Below, in pieces: positions 63,015-64,000 of a DNA stretch of 64,000 bases. Every line of letters starts with the position of its first letter. Within the stretch, counting starts at the first letter, position 1. Source of the stretch: Camelus ferus (Eukaryota); NCBI RefSeq assembly GCF_009834535.1, contig NC_045697.1, positions 85,686,001 through 85,750,000 of the forward strand, in the 5' to 3' direction. Made by a program: the position numbers and the translations under genes. The notes under the pieces were generated by a model. It searched no databases. It was not told the origin of the DNA and worked only from the letters and a program-made list of their open reading frames with translations.

Positions 63015-63905
63015 CTGATTCCCAATCTGTACTTCCAGTCCTGAGCTCTGTATTCTTATATACATCCTTCACATACATAAAACTACAGTGTTTTTCAAAC
63101 TAACTCAAAACCCACGCTTCCTCGTGTGTTCTCTGACTCAATGAAAGGCATCACTCTACCCATTTGTTGAAGCCAGAAACCTGTATGTCATCCAGGAAAA
63201 TCCCTCTCCCTCATCTACAAGCAGAATTCAAGTCCTGTCAGTCTTATTGCGAAAATCTCTCGCCAGCATACTCACTGCTTCCTGACTCCACCACCTCCTC
63301 TTTCAGTTCAGACCACCAACATGTTTTACCTGGATTCTTTGAAACAGTTGTCTACTTTCTAGCCTCCCACCCACACGCAGTATCCATTCTCCTGACAGTG
63401 ACATGGCAATCCTGCCATTTCCCTACTTAGAACACTTCCCCTCTCTCTCCTAGAGACTGTTTTCCTTCAGGAAAGAGTCCACTGTCTGAAAACTGTTTAC
63501 AAGATCCCTGTTTGCTGACCATTCTACCCTCACAACCTATACTCCAGGCACACGTCACTCCTTTTAGAAATTTGAGTTCGTCTTGCTTTCCATCACATCG
63601 GATCTCTTTCTCCCAGAACAAGCCTTTTGATTTTGTCAAGCTAACTCCTACTCAGCTGTCGGGTCCCCACTTAGATGTCACTCCCACTGAGCAGACGTCC
63701 CTGACTCCCACAGCCCGGTTATATGCCTGTCTGGGTGTTTTAAGCAATGTACACGTCCCTTTCCTTCCCAGTTGCTAAGCTATATTCATATTGATCTGTA
63801 CCCACCTTCACCCCCACCTCGGGTTGTACTTTATGGGAGAGCAATGACCATATCTTCCCTACGTGACCAAGGCTTGCCAGGTACAGAAAATATTTGGATA
63901 TGGGT
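63015..63905 (+). mobile_element. LINE-2 3' fragment
   Basis: 'ctcaatgaaaggcatcactctacccatttgttgaagccagaaacctg', 'aagtcctgtcagtctt' and 'tccattctcctgacagtgac' are L2-like. Confidence 0.65.
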
Positions 63906-64000
63906 TAAAATAATAAATGATTCTCTCTCCTTTCTCATTCTTTTCTACCTAACTCAAAACTCCTTTGTCTTTTAAAGAAAAGAAAAAAGTAATGTATCCA

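Noticed and set aside
8260..63140. Scattered AP-1 heptamers as enhancers
   Set aside because: Several are expected by chance in 64 kb, so they are not informative individually
204..63975. The many 60-180 aa ORFs, especially the hydrophobic + strand ones, as small membrane proteins
   Set aside because: Most are antisense shadows of A-rich L1 ORFs or chance ORFs, many with non-ATG starts; I recognise no host protein among them
1..64000. CRISPR arrays, operons, rRNA genes or endogenous viral ORFs
   Set aside because: No regular repeat-spacer array, prokaryotic gene structure, rRNA-like sequence or gag/pol/env-like ORF was seen

Overview
Mammalian genomic DNA, most likely camelid: two tRNA-derived Vic-1-like SINEs are present, and I saw no bovid Bov-A/BovB or pig PRE-1 elements. 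The window looks intronic or intergenic and is dominated by interspersed repeats. LINE-1 copies of several ages, many nested, cover well over half of it; the rest includes MIR, L2, a CR1/L3 relic, MLT1 solo LTRs, MER5 and a Tigger1 derivative. I recognise no host protein-coding gene. The ORFs I can assign are L1 ORF1/ORF2 pieces (including the 592-aa RT-containing ORF), their antisense shadows, or an L2 RT remnant. There is weak evidence for a + strand promoter/first exon near 4.6-5.4 kb and a few candidate downstream exons. I found no convincing novel biological system. The most interesting structure is L1 biology: two young copies sharing the same ORF2 frameshift, a possibly spliced L1 that lacks a TSD and appears to replace ~3.5 kb of an older L1, and a three-layer nest with a 5' inversion, ~230 bp of orphan sequence and a ~4.8-kb internal deletion. 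Family names come from recalled consensus motifs, not a database search; boundaries are approximate unless a TSD is quoted.
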